A stretch of 64,000 bases of DNA from Bacillota bacterium (GTDB taxonomy: Bacteria > Bacillota > Ch66 > Ch109). Below the pieces are notes generated by a model, which worked only from the letters and a program-made list of their open reading frames with translations, ran no database searches and was not told where the DNA came from. Both the position numbers and the translations under genes were made by a program. Where the stretch lies: the NCBI GenBank assembly GCA_050952625.1, contig JBMNLH010000001.1, forward strand, positions 480,001 to 544,000, written 5' to 3'. The first letter of the stretch is position 1, and each line of letters opens with the position of its first letter. Of the stretch, positions 23,633 through 33,689 are shown piece by piece.

Positions 23633-24274
23633 TTGAAAAAAAAAGAGACAAAAAATATTGCGGTAAAGTGTAATTGGAACGACGCTGGTTATAAATGGAT
23701 ATGTAGCGATGCTGCATATCGTTACAATATAAAAAACAAAAATAAGTGGTGCTCTAATGAATACTGTGGTTGTCGGGAATTTGTCGAATTTGATAAATTT
23801 GCTTTCCCATGTTTTGATAGTGTAATATTTCGTGATTATTGTGTGCGTATATCTGGTAGCCCTTGGAGAATAAAAAATACCGAGGAAGGTAAAATAGCGT
23901 TACTTACTACTAGAGACCCTGATTGTATAGAAGAGGATAGATTTATATTCGGCTTTTTATATATTGAAGATTTATATGAAACTGATGAAAATGGGTATCT
24001 ATGTACTGAGGTTTATGGTAATAAAAACAAATCGTTAAAAATTGATGATCACATTATGAGATATATGAAATTTTGGGACTATTACGAAAATGCTAATTCA
24101 TATAAAATGCATTGGGGCTCAGGTCTTTTCCGTTACGTAGAGAATGTAGCAATTTATAGATTTTTATGTGATTTAGAAGAGAATTATGAAAAATACGAAG
24201 GAGATAAAGCTGTTTTACCTATTATTAAAGAGCTTATTCAAGAATACAGGGGATATTATGTAGATGAATGTTGA
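23633..24274 (+). CDS. AT-rich, Cys-rich hypothetical protein
   Basis: GAGGGAGGG RBS, TTG start, 213-aa ORF; several N-terminal Cys and a WGSGLFRY motif. Confidence 0.7.
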   Translation: MKKKETKNIAVKCNWNDAGYKWICSDAAYRYNIKNKNKWCSNEYCGCREFVEFDKFAFPCFDSVIFRDYCVRISGSPWRIKNTEEGKIALLTTRDPDCIEEDRFIFGFLYIEDLYETDENGYLCTEVYGNKNKSLKIDDHIMRYMKFWDYYENANSYKMHWGSGLFRYVENVAIYRFLCDLEENYEKYEGDKAVLPIIKELIQEYRGYYVDEC

Positions 24275-24450
24275 TCGTTGATTTTACTTATTGGTGGGAA
24301 ATCAATAAAATGTTTAAATTGCTTTGCATTACCCTATCCTTCTGGCGAGTAAGAGCCATTAATAGTCTAACCAAAACTTAATCAGGAAAAACCATTTACA
24401 CTAAAGGATGCTCACACCCCCTATTTATTTCCCTTCTTTCATTCTGATTA

Positions 24451-25593
24451 TTAATTTGTAGTATTTTTAATATACTCCAAGAGCTTATTAAAATCTATAC
24501 TATGATTACTTGACCACGATAATCGCAGCGCACTATTTATAATCTCATCACTTAGCCCCATGGCAGTCAGGACATGGCTTGGCGTATAGCTGCCGGAATT
24601 ACATGCCGAGCCATTAGAAATAGCGTAATCATTTTTCAGAGCGGCGAATACACTTTCGGAGTCCACTCCGATGAAGCTGATATTGATAACATTAGGTAGG
24701 CAATAATTCTGATCACCATTTATAACGTAGTTTAAACCCTCAATAGCTTTGAAAAGTTTTTCTTTTACCTGCTGGCAATTTTTAAGCCATGAGGCATGTT
24801 CCTTTTCAGCCAGTTCCGCAGCATAGGCCAGGCCTGCAACAAGAGGTACTGGTGTAGTGCCGGGTCGGAATCCATATTCTTGCTTTCCTCCATAGAACAA
24901 TGGTTTTATGGGGGGTCTTTTATATTTTTTTCTTTTTAATACAAGCCCGCCAACGCCCTGGGGGCCTTTTATTTTATGACCGCTTAAGCTCAGCATATTA
25001 TACTTGGCTGTGCGCAGCTCATCATTAAGTTTTCCGAAAGATTGGGCTGCGTCAACATGAAACAGGACATCTTTTTTATCCAGCTCAAGGCCAATCTCTG
25101 AGATTGGCTGAATGATACCGGTTTCATTGTTAACGTGCATTACTGATACCAGCAAGGTATCCGGCCTCACTTTCGACAATACATCCTCAGCCTTTATGCG
25201 TCCAGAGGTATCGGGATAAACAATATCCAACTCAAATCCCTTGCTCACCAAATGGTGCATTGGTTCTAGCACAGCTTTATGTTCGATAGCGGTTGTTATT
25301 AGGTGTTTCTTGCCGGTTTCAAGGCCATAATCCATCAAACCAAGAATCGCCATGTTGTTGCTTTCCGTCGCCCCGCTGGTAAATATCACCTCGGACTTAT
25401 CGATGGCAAGTATATCACCCAAAGTCCTGCGCGCCCGTTCTACCACTTCCTTCGCTCTGGTCCCAAATAAATGAGTACGGCTATCTGCATTGCCATAAAT
25501 ATCGGTAAATATCCGGGTGACTTCTTCAAGTACCCGCGGGTCTATCGGGGCAGAAGCATTGTAATCAAGATAAATTGGCATAAGATCACTCAT
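24451..25593 (-). CDS. dndA: Cysteine desulfurase DndA/IscS
   Basis: YLDYNAS, FTSGATESNN, HVDAAQ, SGHK PLP lysine, SNGSAC catalytic Cys; ATGA overlap with dndE. Confidence 0.92.
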   Translation of the reverse strand: MSDLMPIYLDYNASAPIDPRVLEEVTRIFTDIYGNADSRTHLFGTRAKEVVERARRTLGDILAIDKSEVIFTSGATESNNMAILGLMDYGLETGKKHLITTAIEHKAVLEPMHHLVSKGFELDIVYPDTSGRIKAEDVLSKVRPDTLLVSVMHVNNETGIIQPISEIGLELDKKDVLFHVDAAQSFGKLNDELRTAKYNMLSLSGHKIKGPQGVGGLVLKRKKYKRPPIKPLFYGGKQEYGFRPGTTPVPLVAGLAYAAELAEKEHASWLKNCQQVKEKLFKAIEGLNYVINGDQNYCLPNVINISFIGVDSESVFAALKNDYAISNGSACNSGSYTPSHVLTAMGLSDEIINSALRLSWSSNHSIDFNKLLEYIKNTTN

Positions 25594-25973
25594 TTCTTTG
25601 AAAGTACTAACTCCAGAAGTTCTTGGCTGTTTTTGGGGCCATTTTTCGATGCGAGATAATTAATCCCTCTATTTAGATGCTGCCTAAAATACCTAGCAAT
25701 TGTGGTCTGATCTGTGTCAAAACCATCTTCTTTACAGCGTTGTCTAACTATTGCCTCATATATTTCGTGGCATTCACCGCCGAATGTATGCCAGCTCATT
25801 TCAACATTACTGTCAGAGGGTATGTCGGGCCCAGTTGGTATTGTGGGATTCTCCAATGACAAACATAAAGCCCAACGGCAAAGCACATTCCATTGGGAAA
25901 TACCTGTTTTAGATTTAAGCCGGATAAGCTTTTCTTTCTCCTGTTGTGATAGTCTTATCTGCTTTAAGATCAT
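25590..25973 (-). CDS. dndE: DNA sulfur modification protein DndE
   Basis: IRLSQQEKEKLIRLKSKTGISQWNVLCRWALCLSL, VEMSWHTFGGE; ATG 25973 overlaps dndD stop. Confidence 0.92.
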   Translation of the reverse strand: MILKQIRLSQQEKEKLIRLKSKTGISQWNVLCRWALCLSLENPTIPTGPDIPSDSNVEMSWHTFGGECHEIYEAIVRQRCKEDGFDTDQTTIARYFRQHLNRGINYLASKNGPKNSQELLELVLSKK

Positions 25974-27949
25974 TGAACTATCCCTCCAAAGTACCCGGTC
26001 CGAATAGATGTACATTGATTCTGTTCATTGTAGTCCAACAGGAATACCTTATTCAAATATGGTTCTATAAGCTCATAGTACTTTCCATTGATTTCTTCAT
26101 CGGTTGAAAGGACAATGACCTGTTTGCTAGCATAGGGGAAGTAATTTTTCAGGATATTGGTCCGGTGGTTTGAATCCAATCTGCCCAATGGTGTATCAAC
26201 AATAACCGGCATTTGGTATCCCGAGCAATTTGCCAAACCCCATAGGATTGATACCGCAAATATTTGCTTCTCACCAGCTGAAAGTTGATTTTTAAGTAAT
26301 TCACTGCCGAGGTAATCAATAAGCCTAATATCCAATGTTTCAGGATTAATCTCAATTTTTTGAATCAGGCTTTCTTTTTGGGCAATAAAGGTAAAGCAGT
26401 CAAATATCTGTTGTTCAAGTTGCTTAACCCGCCTCTGTTGCAGGCGTACTTTAAAGGCTTCCATGACCTCAATAGTCATGGAAGCATATTTAATCATGCG
26501 CATAGCTTCATCTTGGCCTTGCTCGTCAAGCTTAACCATCTTAAGGGCTGCCTTGCGCCGGCTTTCAAACATTTCTTGACGTTTTAATAGCGTCTGCTGC
26601 TTTTCTTCTTCAACATGAATTTGCGTCTCAAGTTGGATAATTCTTTGGGTCAATTGGCGCATTTTATCCCAAATGTCTTTGACATCAGTTGACTCAACAT
26701 CATAATTCAAATGTAATTCCAATTGTTGAATTTGATTATCCAGGTCTTTAATACTTACAATGAGCTTATGAACGTCTTCCAATTGTTTAGTCGCTTGGCC
26801 GATAATTGTAGAAAAGATGCTTTGCGCAACGGGGGCGAGTTCAGGTAATTCACCACCAGCATAACTATGCCGCAATTCGCTTTGTGCTCTGATTAAAAAG
26901 TCTAAGATCACTTTTTGTGCAGGCTGTTCAAGGGCTGATGCCGTCAGCAGCTCTTTAAGCCGTTCAATAATCGTGCTGGAGTACTTGGCAGACCGTAAAC
27001 GATCATCTTGTTGTACCTGATTGTAGGTGCGTTCAAGTAGAGGCTGACAAATCAATAATGGCGTCATAGCGCGATTTACCAACTCTTTGACCTCTTCCTT
27101 TTTGGTCAATAACAATTCATTGAGCCGATTCTTTTCTGCCTCAATTTTTTCACGCTTTAGGCGAAGATTACCGCCTTGGCTCCAAAAAATGTTTTCCAGA
27201 TCAGCATACTGTTTACGGGCCTGGCCAACTTCGCGATTTAAACGGCCGGTCAGAGCAACCGACTCCGCAATATCTTTTTCACATTGCTCAATCCCCTGTT
27301 GGGCTTCTATCATTTTTTGATAAGCCTCAGACTGTACCGAAGAATTATTGTTAATACTGACCCGTTTTATGAGCTTCTTCATGTCGTTAATCAACTGGTC
27401 TACTGTAGTTAGTCCCAGGAGTAATTTGATCGAGTCTTTAACACTTTCATAGCTGTTATCATCGGCAATTTGAGCTATCTTCTCGTTATCAAAGAAGAAA
27501 AAGCGGGAAATACTCAACGGCAGAATTTCCTCAACGTAGTAATCCCAGTTTTCCGAAAGGTATGGATCTTTTATGCCATTTTTATAGGCGGTAAAGTTAT
27601 CGGTTACAATGTTTTTCCTAATTGACCAATAACGTTGAATAGTAATCGTATCTTCACTGTTTTCGTCTTTTAACAGGGTTAATGTAATAGAGGTTTGTTG
27701 GTCATCTGCACTTTTATTCACATGATGTCTCAAATACTCAGAATAACTGATGCGTTCATCCTGTAAAAATCGCAATGCCCGGCGACCATATAAAACTAAA
27801 AAAACAGCCTCGAGCAGGGTAGTTTTGCCTCGGCCATTAAGGCCGCCTATTAATGTAATTGTCCGACTGCCCGTGCACCTTGGAAATTCAATTACATGAT
27901 AGCCTTTATATAAACCGTAGTTAAGCAATTCAATTTTTTTAAGCAACAT
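25970..27949 (-). CDS. dndD: SMC-like ATPase DndD
   Basis: GLNGRGKTT, FFFFDNEKI, coiled coil, LSAGEKQ, IVDTPLGRLD, QVIVLSTDEEI. Confidence 0.93.
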   Translation of the reverse strand: MLLKKIELLNYGLYKGYHVIEFPRCTGSRTITLIGGLNGRGKTTLLEAVFLVLYGRRALRFLQDERISYSEYLRHHVNKSADDQQTSITLTLLKDENSEDTITIQRYWSIRKNIVTDNFTAYKNGIKDPYLSENWDYYVEEILPLSISRFFFFDNEKIAQIADDNSYESVKDSIKLLLGLTTVDQLINDMKKLIKRVSINNNSSVQSEAYQKMIEAQQGIEQCEKDIAESVALTGRLNREVGQARKQYADLENIFWSQGGNLRLKREKIEAEKNRLNELLLTKKEEVKELVNRAMTPLLICQPLLERTYNQVQQDDRLRSAKYSSTIIERLKELLTASALEQPAQKVILDFLIRAQSELRHSYAGGELPELAPVAQSIFSTIIGQATKQLEDVHKLIVSIKDLDNQIQQLELHLNYDVESTDVKDIWDKMRQLTQRIIQLETQIHVEEEKQQTLLKRQEMFESRRKAALKMVKLDEQGQDEAMRMIKYASMTIEVMEAFKVRLQQRRVKQLEQQIFDCFTFIAQKESLIQKIEINPETLDIRLIDYLGSELLKNQLSAGEKQIFAVSILWGLANCSGYQMPVIVDTPLGRLDSNHRTNILKNYFPYASKQVIVLSTDEEINGKYYELIEPYLNKVFLLDYNEQNQCTSIRTGYFGGIVQ

Positions 27950-27954
27950 ACTGA

Positions 27955-29437
27955 TTACCCTCCGCTTTCATCAGTCGCAACACGTGAGGGTTCGTTAATC
28001 GGTTCTTGATACTTCTTGTAGAATACCAAAGCATCTTCTTCGTTTTTAAAGAAGGCACGTTTAATTGCCCCTTCCAAGCTTTTATTAATACCCCGACGAG
28101 TGGCCTGCATATCAAAACGTGATTCAATATCCAGTAAAGTGCTTTGCATTTCTAATAACAATTCTTCATCCGGATACAGTTCCCGGCATACTTCCGCTAA
28201 AATAGTCCATTCAGCCTGACCAAAATACTTATTGCCTGGCATGGCTGGGTCAATAAATTTTTCTCCGGTTACTTCCTGATAAATTCGCGGTAGTGTATCC
28301 TCAAACTCATGCTTTTCGTTAAGCCATATCTGGCGAATAGCCCGGAGCTCGTCCAATGTGATTAGCGGATGGGTTTCTACTTCTTTGGGGCCTTCATGCT
28401 TAATATATTGGTTAACTTCAAGTAACCGACGAAGCAAATACTCTCTTGTTTTCTTAGTATACGGGCCATGAACCAGCCTGCCGTTATGATACGTCAAACG
28501 GCCGTCCTTGCGGCGAAAATCGCGTCGCTGTCGATCTATTTCGTTGTTAGCAGCTATTTCGTTGCGAAAGTCTAGCAATGGCAACATCCAGGCTTTTTCT
28601 TCGTCGTTCTGCACCATTGCGGCCATAGATTTATCTTCGGCGACCAAAGTGCAGACCCAACAGCCGAATCGGCTATTCCCACAGCTTGGTGTATCTGTAT
28701 CTAGGACCAACGGACATTCACCATCGGCTGATGCACCGCGATACATTGCCAGTAATTCCTTGTTAGAATGTCCCCATGGATTAGGATGCTGCATCAAATA
28801 CTGCCATACATTATCGTTTGTCCATTCCTGGATGGGAGAAAAAACATAGGAATTGATCATCGAACCATTTGGACTAAGATGTTCCCGGACTCGACGACGC
28901 TCGTAGCTTTCCATTAACGCTTTACGGGCTGAACTTTCAGCTTTGCGCGTTCCCAACACCAAGATGACCTCGCCAGCAGCCGATATAATATTTTCTATGA
29001 AATTGTTGGCGGGATTTATTTTTAAGCGAGTAGTACACCAACGAAAACTATGACGCGGGTATGGGTAGCCTCGGCCTATTAAATTAACCCAATAGGTATC
29101 ATTGATTGCGGGGGTTAATCGATGAACTTGGATGGGCATTCCTTTTTCATTAGCTGCTGTACGTAGCCTTTTCAAGGATTGTTCAACCCACGCGGCAACT
29201 ACAGGTGACTCAACCAAAGTATCGGTACTGATAACATGAATAGGCTTATGGTTTCGTTGTTTTTCTGGCAACTGGGAAATGGCATTCCAGACAAGCTGTA
29301 ACGTTTGCCGTGGAATCTTTCCCCCCACTATAGCCACAAACCCATGGAATAGAGTCTTCCAGATATAATCGCTGGATGAGATCAGTGAGGTTGATGACAT
29401 CCTGTTTGGTTAGAATTTGCACTGTCATAGCCATCAC
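27955..29437 (-). CDS. dndC: PAPS-reductase-family sulfurtransferase DndC; +1 frameshift near 29305
   Basis: GYSGGKDST in ORF 29246..29437, then DTLVESP, RWCTTRLKINP, LGTRKAES, CGNSRFGCWVCT in ORF 27955..29400. Confidence 0.92.
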
Positions 29438-30468
29438 CGTCCTACCATGAGAGTTTCCTTTAAAACTTCGACTAGCGCATTTGTGCTGCTTCTGGTGCCG
29501 GAAATATGTCCTTCAACCACAACTTTACCAGCCCATTCAGGATTGTTTTTGCTCCAATTAACCTTCGTGAGCCGAGGCAGATGTTTCTCGAAACTATTAT
29601 ACTTCTTCAGCAATATATTTCCAACTCTGCCTAAGGCAATCAAGGCAATCGAATGAGCTGAAACAGATTCCTTGCGCAGTTCAGATGCTTTCTTTCCTTG
29701 TAAAATAACACTCTGCCAATCCGGCATATTATCAAATACACCGGACCAAAATCTATATGTTGTATCCTTTTGTTGCTCAATCGTCAAATCAGAAAGGTCA
29801 TTCAATAAAGCTTCTGTGCCATGGTAAATACCGCTAAGAGTAAAAAGAGCTTTGGAACGATTAGGAATAGTAGAGCGCTCCTTTTCAACCCAGCCATTAA
29901 ATACCCTAAGTGACTCTACCATTTCACAAATCATGGCAGAAAAATCGTTGCGACTATCGAATAATATGTTCAGTGACTTGGTGGGGCGTATGGCATAACG
30001 ATTAAGATCGGAGAAAATCTGCCGGGAACGGTTTAATCCCATGTCGCTGAAAAAGACAACCGAGATATCTTCATGTTTCAACAATGGGTTATGTTTGATG
30101 GCGGCTTCAATAGCTGCCTTTCTATGTTGTCCATCATTTATCAGGAAACGCGCAGACATCGGGATATTAATTATGCCTATTTTACACTCCTTATTCGTTG
30201 GCTCCATTGCCTCAAATTGTATTTCTCCATCAACAGATACAGTGAGAGCAGAAAAAACATAAGATTTTGGATTTTGTAAGATATAGTCTCTTATTTCAGG
30301 AATACGAGCTTTATTCAATATTCGTTGTGCCCGTACTTCGGGCGGCAATTCTTCTTCGTTGAACATAAATAACCGCGGTAAAGTAGATAAAGGCACCATG
30401 GAAATATAGTACTCCGTGCCTGCCTGAACTCCTTTTATTGCCGGAAATCGATATACCGCTACATTCAT
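29434..30468 (-). CDS. dndB: DGQHR-domain regulator DndB
   Basis: FPAIKGVQAG, RAQRILNKARIP, INDGQHR, FSDLNRYA; GAGGTG RBS before ATG 30468. Confidence 0.92.
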   Translation of the reverse strand: MNVAVYRFPAIKGVQAGTEYYISMVPLSTLPRLFMFNEEELPPEVRAQRILNKARIPEIRDYILQNPKSYVFSALTVSVDGEIQFEAMEPTNKECKIGIINIPMSARFLINDGQHRKAAIEAAIKHNPLLKHEDISVVFFSDMGLNRSRQIFSDLNRYAIRPTKSLNILFDSRNDFSAMICEMVESLRVFNGWVEKERSTIPNRSKALFTLSGIYHGTEALLNDLSDLTIEQQKDTTYRFWSGVFDNMPDWQSVILQGKKASELRKESVSAHSIALIALGRVGNILLKKYNSFEKHLPRLTKVNWSKNNPEWAGKVVVEGHISGTRSSTNALVEVLKETLMVGR

Positions 30469-30794
30469 AACCCTACACCTCGGTAAATATTTAAATGGAA
30501 GTCTATAAAAATAAATTGGAAGTCTGTTATCCAGATAATACATCCTTTAGTCGAATCTGGTCAAGGTCTAATGTGAAATATGTTAACGTAAAAATACTTA
30601 CTATGGCAGAGCCCTAAGGGTTAAAGTAGGTTATATCTTTATAATGATGAAACAAACTATTGGGAAACATCGACCAGCATCTATTGATAAGGACCACTAT
30701 GGGTAAAAGCATCAGTGGAGCTTTCAATGAAATATCAAATCGGGTTGGGTTATTAGGGTTTTTGAGAATAATAGGGATGTATAACGACAAGGTA

Positions 30795-30823
30795 TTGAGC
30801 AATTGGGAGAAATAGGCTAGAAT
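30795..30823 (+). promoter_or_regulatory. SigA promoter for toxin mRNA
   Basis: TTGAGC-N17-TAGAAT. Confidence 0.6.
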
Positions 30824-30936
30824 TTGTCATAGTAAGGCATTTGCCTCCAGTCGACGGGTTCAATCGCAAAGCCCTCCTTCCACCAAGTTCTTGTGGGATG
30901 ATGCGGGTACCGGGTGAAGGAAGGAGGGCTGATGCC

Positions 30937-31041
30937 ATGGAGTTACATATCGGATGTTTTCATCTGGTAATCGCTCCAGCGGTGCTTACAGGGCTTTTTG
31001 TCCTGTGGTATCGGTGGCATTGCAACCGGAATAAGAAATAA
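30937..31041 (+). CDS. Fst/Ldr-like type I toxin peptide, 34 aa (MELHIGCFHLVIAPAVLTGLFVLWYRWHCNRNKK)
   Basis: AAGGAGG RBS; single hydrophobic helix with AP...G, Trp and basic tail. Confidence 0.65.
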   Translation: MELHIGCFHLVIAPAVLTGLFVLWYRWHCNRNKK

Positions 31042-31140
31042 GCCAGGATCAAATCCTGGCTAAATTGAAACAAGTGATTTAATAAGAGCCCAATACACTG
31101 CATCTCCTACCGAGGGTAGCTTGTTCCAGCAAGCTATCCT
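31041..31140 (-). ncRNA. Putative convergent antitoxin RNA
   Basis: Minus-strand promoter at 31174-31146 with no ORF behind it; hairpins GAGGGTAGCTTG/CAAGCTATCCTC and AGCCAGGAT/ATCCTGGCT; ends approximate. Confidence 0.5.
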
Positions 31141-31145
31141 CTCTC

Positions 31146-31174
31146 ATTATATAAGCAAATAATTGGGAAGTCAA
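31146..31174 (-). promoter_or_regulatory. SigA promoter for putative antitoxin RNA
   Basis: TTGACT-N17-TATAAT on the minus strand. Confidence 0.7.
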
Positions 31175-31304
31175 ACTACACTGATTAATTTATAGAAGAT
31201 TGAGCATAAGACTATCTAAATTGCCTCGGCATATATTATAGCCCATGTTCATCATGTACCCTAAACCTTTTCGATTTAAGACAAAAGGAAATTATTTCCA
31301 TAAA

Positions 31305-32284
31305 TTAGGCGTTTAGTGATATCGGTTTGAGATAGATTTCTTCCGGATTAAACCCGGCCCAACGGACCATATTTAAAGCTTGACGGTTAACATTATCCGG
31401 AAGATATCTCTGACCCTGAATACTCACTATCTGAATAGTACCCAATACTTCCAGGATAGTTTGCACGGAAGGTCTGTCGGTACTTTTGTTTCCCGGTAAT
31501 TTCACTGCTTCTCCTTGTTCCTTTAGGGCCTTGCGAACTCGGTACTCCAGGTAGGAAGCCAGCAGTAATACCAGGATAAACACATAACCTAGAGCATAGA
31601 TTCGCTTCGGGTTTTCCAAGTATACTGGGCCTAAATACACCCGGTTTTTGAGGAATCGAAACTTGGTTTCAATTGAGATCTGCCGTTTATACTCTAATAA
31701 AATCCATTGATCATCGTATTTTTGACGATCTTTCACATTGGCGATCAGCACGAAGGTAGATTCCATTTGGAGCAGGTGCTGGTAAACCTCTGGTTTTATA
31801 TCGCCAATACTGACTTCAGCGTGATATGTCGTGGTAATCGTCGGTTCTTCTCCATTGCGGGGTTTTCCTCGGTGACCGTAAGACTTTTTGACGCAGCTCT
31901 GAACCGTTCCTTGAACCTCAAAGCCTTTTTGCTGGCATTCTTGAAGGAAGACAGCCAAAGCAGCCTGGGCATCAGGTTCACAGGCGAAGGCCTTAATTTT
32001 TAAGCCTTTACTCTGTTTAGTTAACTCCTCTTTTTGCTTTCCAATCCGTTTTTGTAAGGTCTTTTCTTTCTGGGTTTCCAGGGAAGAGGAGTGAACCACC
32101 ACAAAATTATAAGGGTGTCCTTCCAGCTCATGATGGACCAAATAGGTTCGGTAGTGAGAAGCCTTCTTCGAGTTGGCTTCACTGACTATCCCAAGGTCAT
32201 GCCAGGCGTTTCTAGACGACAGAGTTTGGTGATTACCGGAACAGCCATTGGTTTAAGGGCCTTAATCCCAGCAAATATTGACAA
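31305..32284 (-). pseudogene. IS1634-family transposase remnant, C-terminal half, probable internal deletion
   Basis: YKRQISIETKFRFLK...PVYLENPKRIYAL; a short RBS-led frame (LSIFAGIKALKPMAVPVITKLCR) is joined out of frame near 32210. Confidence 0.7.
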
Positions 32285-32348
32285 TCGAATCAACTCCCCA
32301 AAAAATATCTTAAAGAGTTATATTCGACATAAATATAGCGGTCCTTGT

Positions 32349-33689
32349 GGGTCTGTCAATAATTTTGTGCTTTGCCCTTCTTCCGTCTGTTCATCGTAGG
32401 TGCGCTTTAACTTTGTCGGGGAAGTAAATAGACAGCTGTAGCAGAATTTGCCCCCAGTTTTGGACCCGGCCGGTCCATCTCTTCAAGACATCTTGGGTGG
32501 CCATATATAACATCTTTAAGAGCGCTTCATCCGTTGGGAAAATACTCTTACCCTTGGTTACTTTGCGGAGCTGCCGGTGATAACTTTCGATCATATTGGT
32601 AGTATAGATGATTTTTCTAATCTCAGGTGGATACTTGAAAAACGTCGAGATCTCCGCCCAGTTGTTGCGCCAGGACCGGACTATCAGTGGATATTTGTCT
32701 CCCCAAGTAGCTTCAAATTGGTTTAGCTCTTCGCAAGCAGCAGGCTCAGAAGATGCCGTGTAAATGGTCTTTAAGGCGGCAGTTATCTTCTTAACATCTT
32801 TGTATGAGACATAGCGTATGGAATTTCTCACCTGGTGCACGATACACTTCTGGATCTCAGCATCCGGGTAGCAGGCCGATATGGCTTCACTAAACCCAGT
32901 GAGATTATCCACGCAAACGATTAGAATATCCTGAACTCCACGGTTTCTAAGTTCGTTTAAGACGGTGAGCCAGAACTTGGCAGATTCGTTTTCCCCGATC
33001 CAGATGCCCAATACGTCTTTATTGCCATCCAAGTCGATGCCTATTACCATATAGGCTGCCTTGTTTACAATCTGGCCGTCCTGCTTGACTTTAAAATGGA
33101 TTGCATCCAGGAAGACGGCTGCATAGATCTTCTGCAGCGGCCGGTTCTGCCACTCCTTGACCATAGGCATGATTTTGTTGGTGATATTAGATATTAGAGT
33201 AGGCGAAACCTCAATTCCGTACAGGTGCTCCAAATGATCCTGGATATCACGAGTGCTGACCCCTTTGGCGTAGAGAGCCAATACTTGGTCTTCGATACCA
33301 GTCACATTCTTCTGATGCTTTTTGACGATTAGAGGATCATGTTCGCCTTAGCGGTCCCGGGGGATCTGTATGTCGATTTCTCCGAATTCGCTGCGTACAG
33401 TTTTAGTACTATGCCCATTACGCCGGTTGCTTGTCCTTTTGTTTTGAACATCGTTCTTTTCATAGCCTAGGGTGGTATCCAATTCGGCCTCCAGCATCTC
33501 TTGTAGGGTCTCGGCAAAGAGGTCTTTAAGGACATTCTGGATGTCTTCAACGCTTTTTAGGTTGTTCTCTTTGATGAATTGCTTGATCTCAGCGCGGGAG
33601 ACCAGTTTCTTCTTCTCCATATGTATTCCTGCCTTTCCGTTTCATTTTATATTCGGAAAGAGCAGAAGCACAATTTATTTTACACACTC
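32349..33689 (-). mobile_element. IS256-family element
   Basis: Imperfect 24-bp IRs GGGTCTGTCAATAATTTTGTGCTT and GAGTGTGTAAAATAAATTGTGCTT; flanks show no target duplication. Confidence 0.85.
32391..33620 (-). pseudogene. IS256 transposase with in-frame TAA at 33348-33350
   Basis: RRNGHS, IPRDR*GE, LYAKGVSTRDI, FLDAIHFKV, QKCIVHQVRN, IYTTNMIES; both ORFs are in the same frame. Confidence 0.88.

Noticed and set aside
29434-30468. DpdB rather than DndB
   Set aside because: Both are DGQHR-type proteins, but this gene overlaps dndC at the head of a dndCDEA operon and no dpdA is present.
33472-33689. N-terminal part of the 332-aa ORF
   Set aside because: It is antisense IS256 sequence read through into the rpn fragment.
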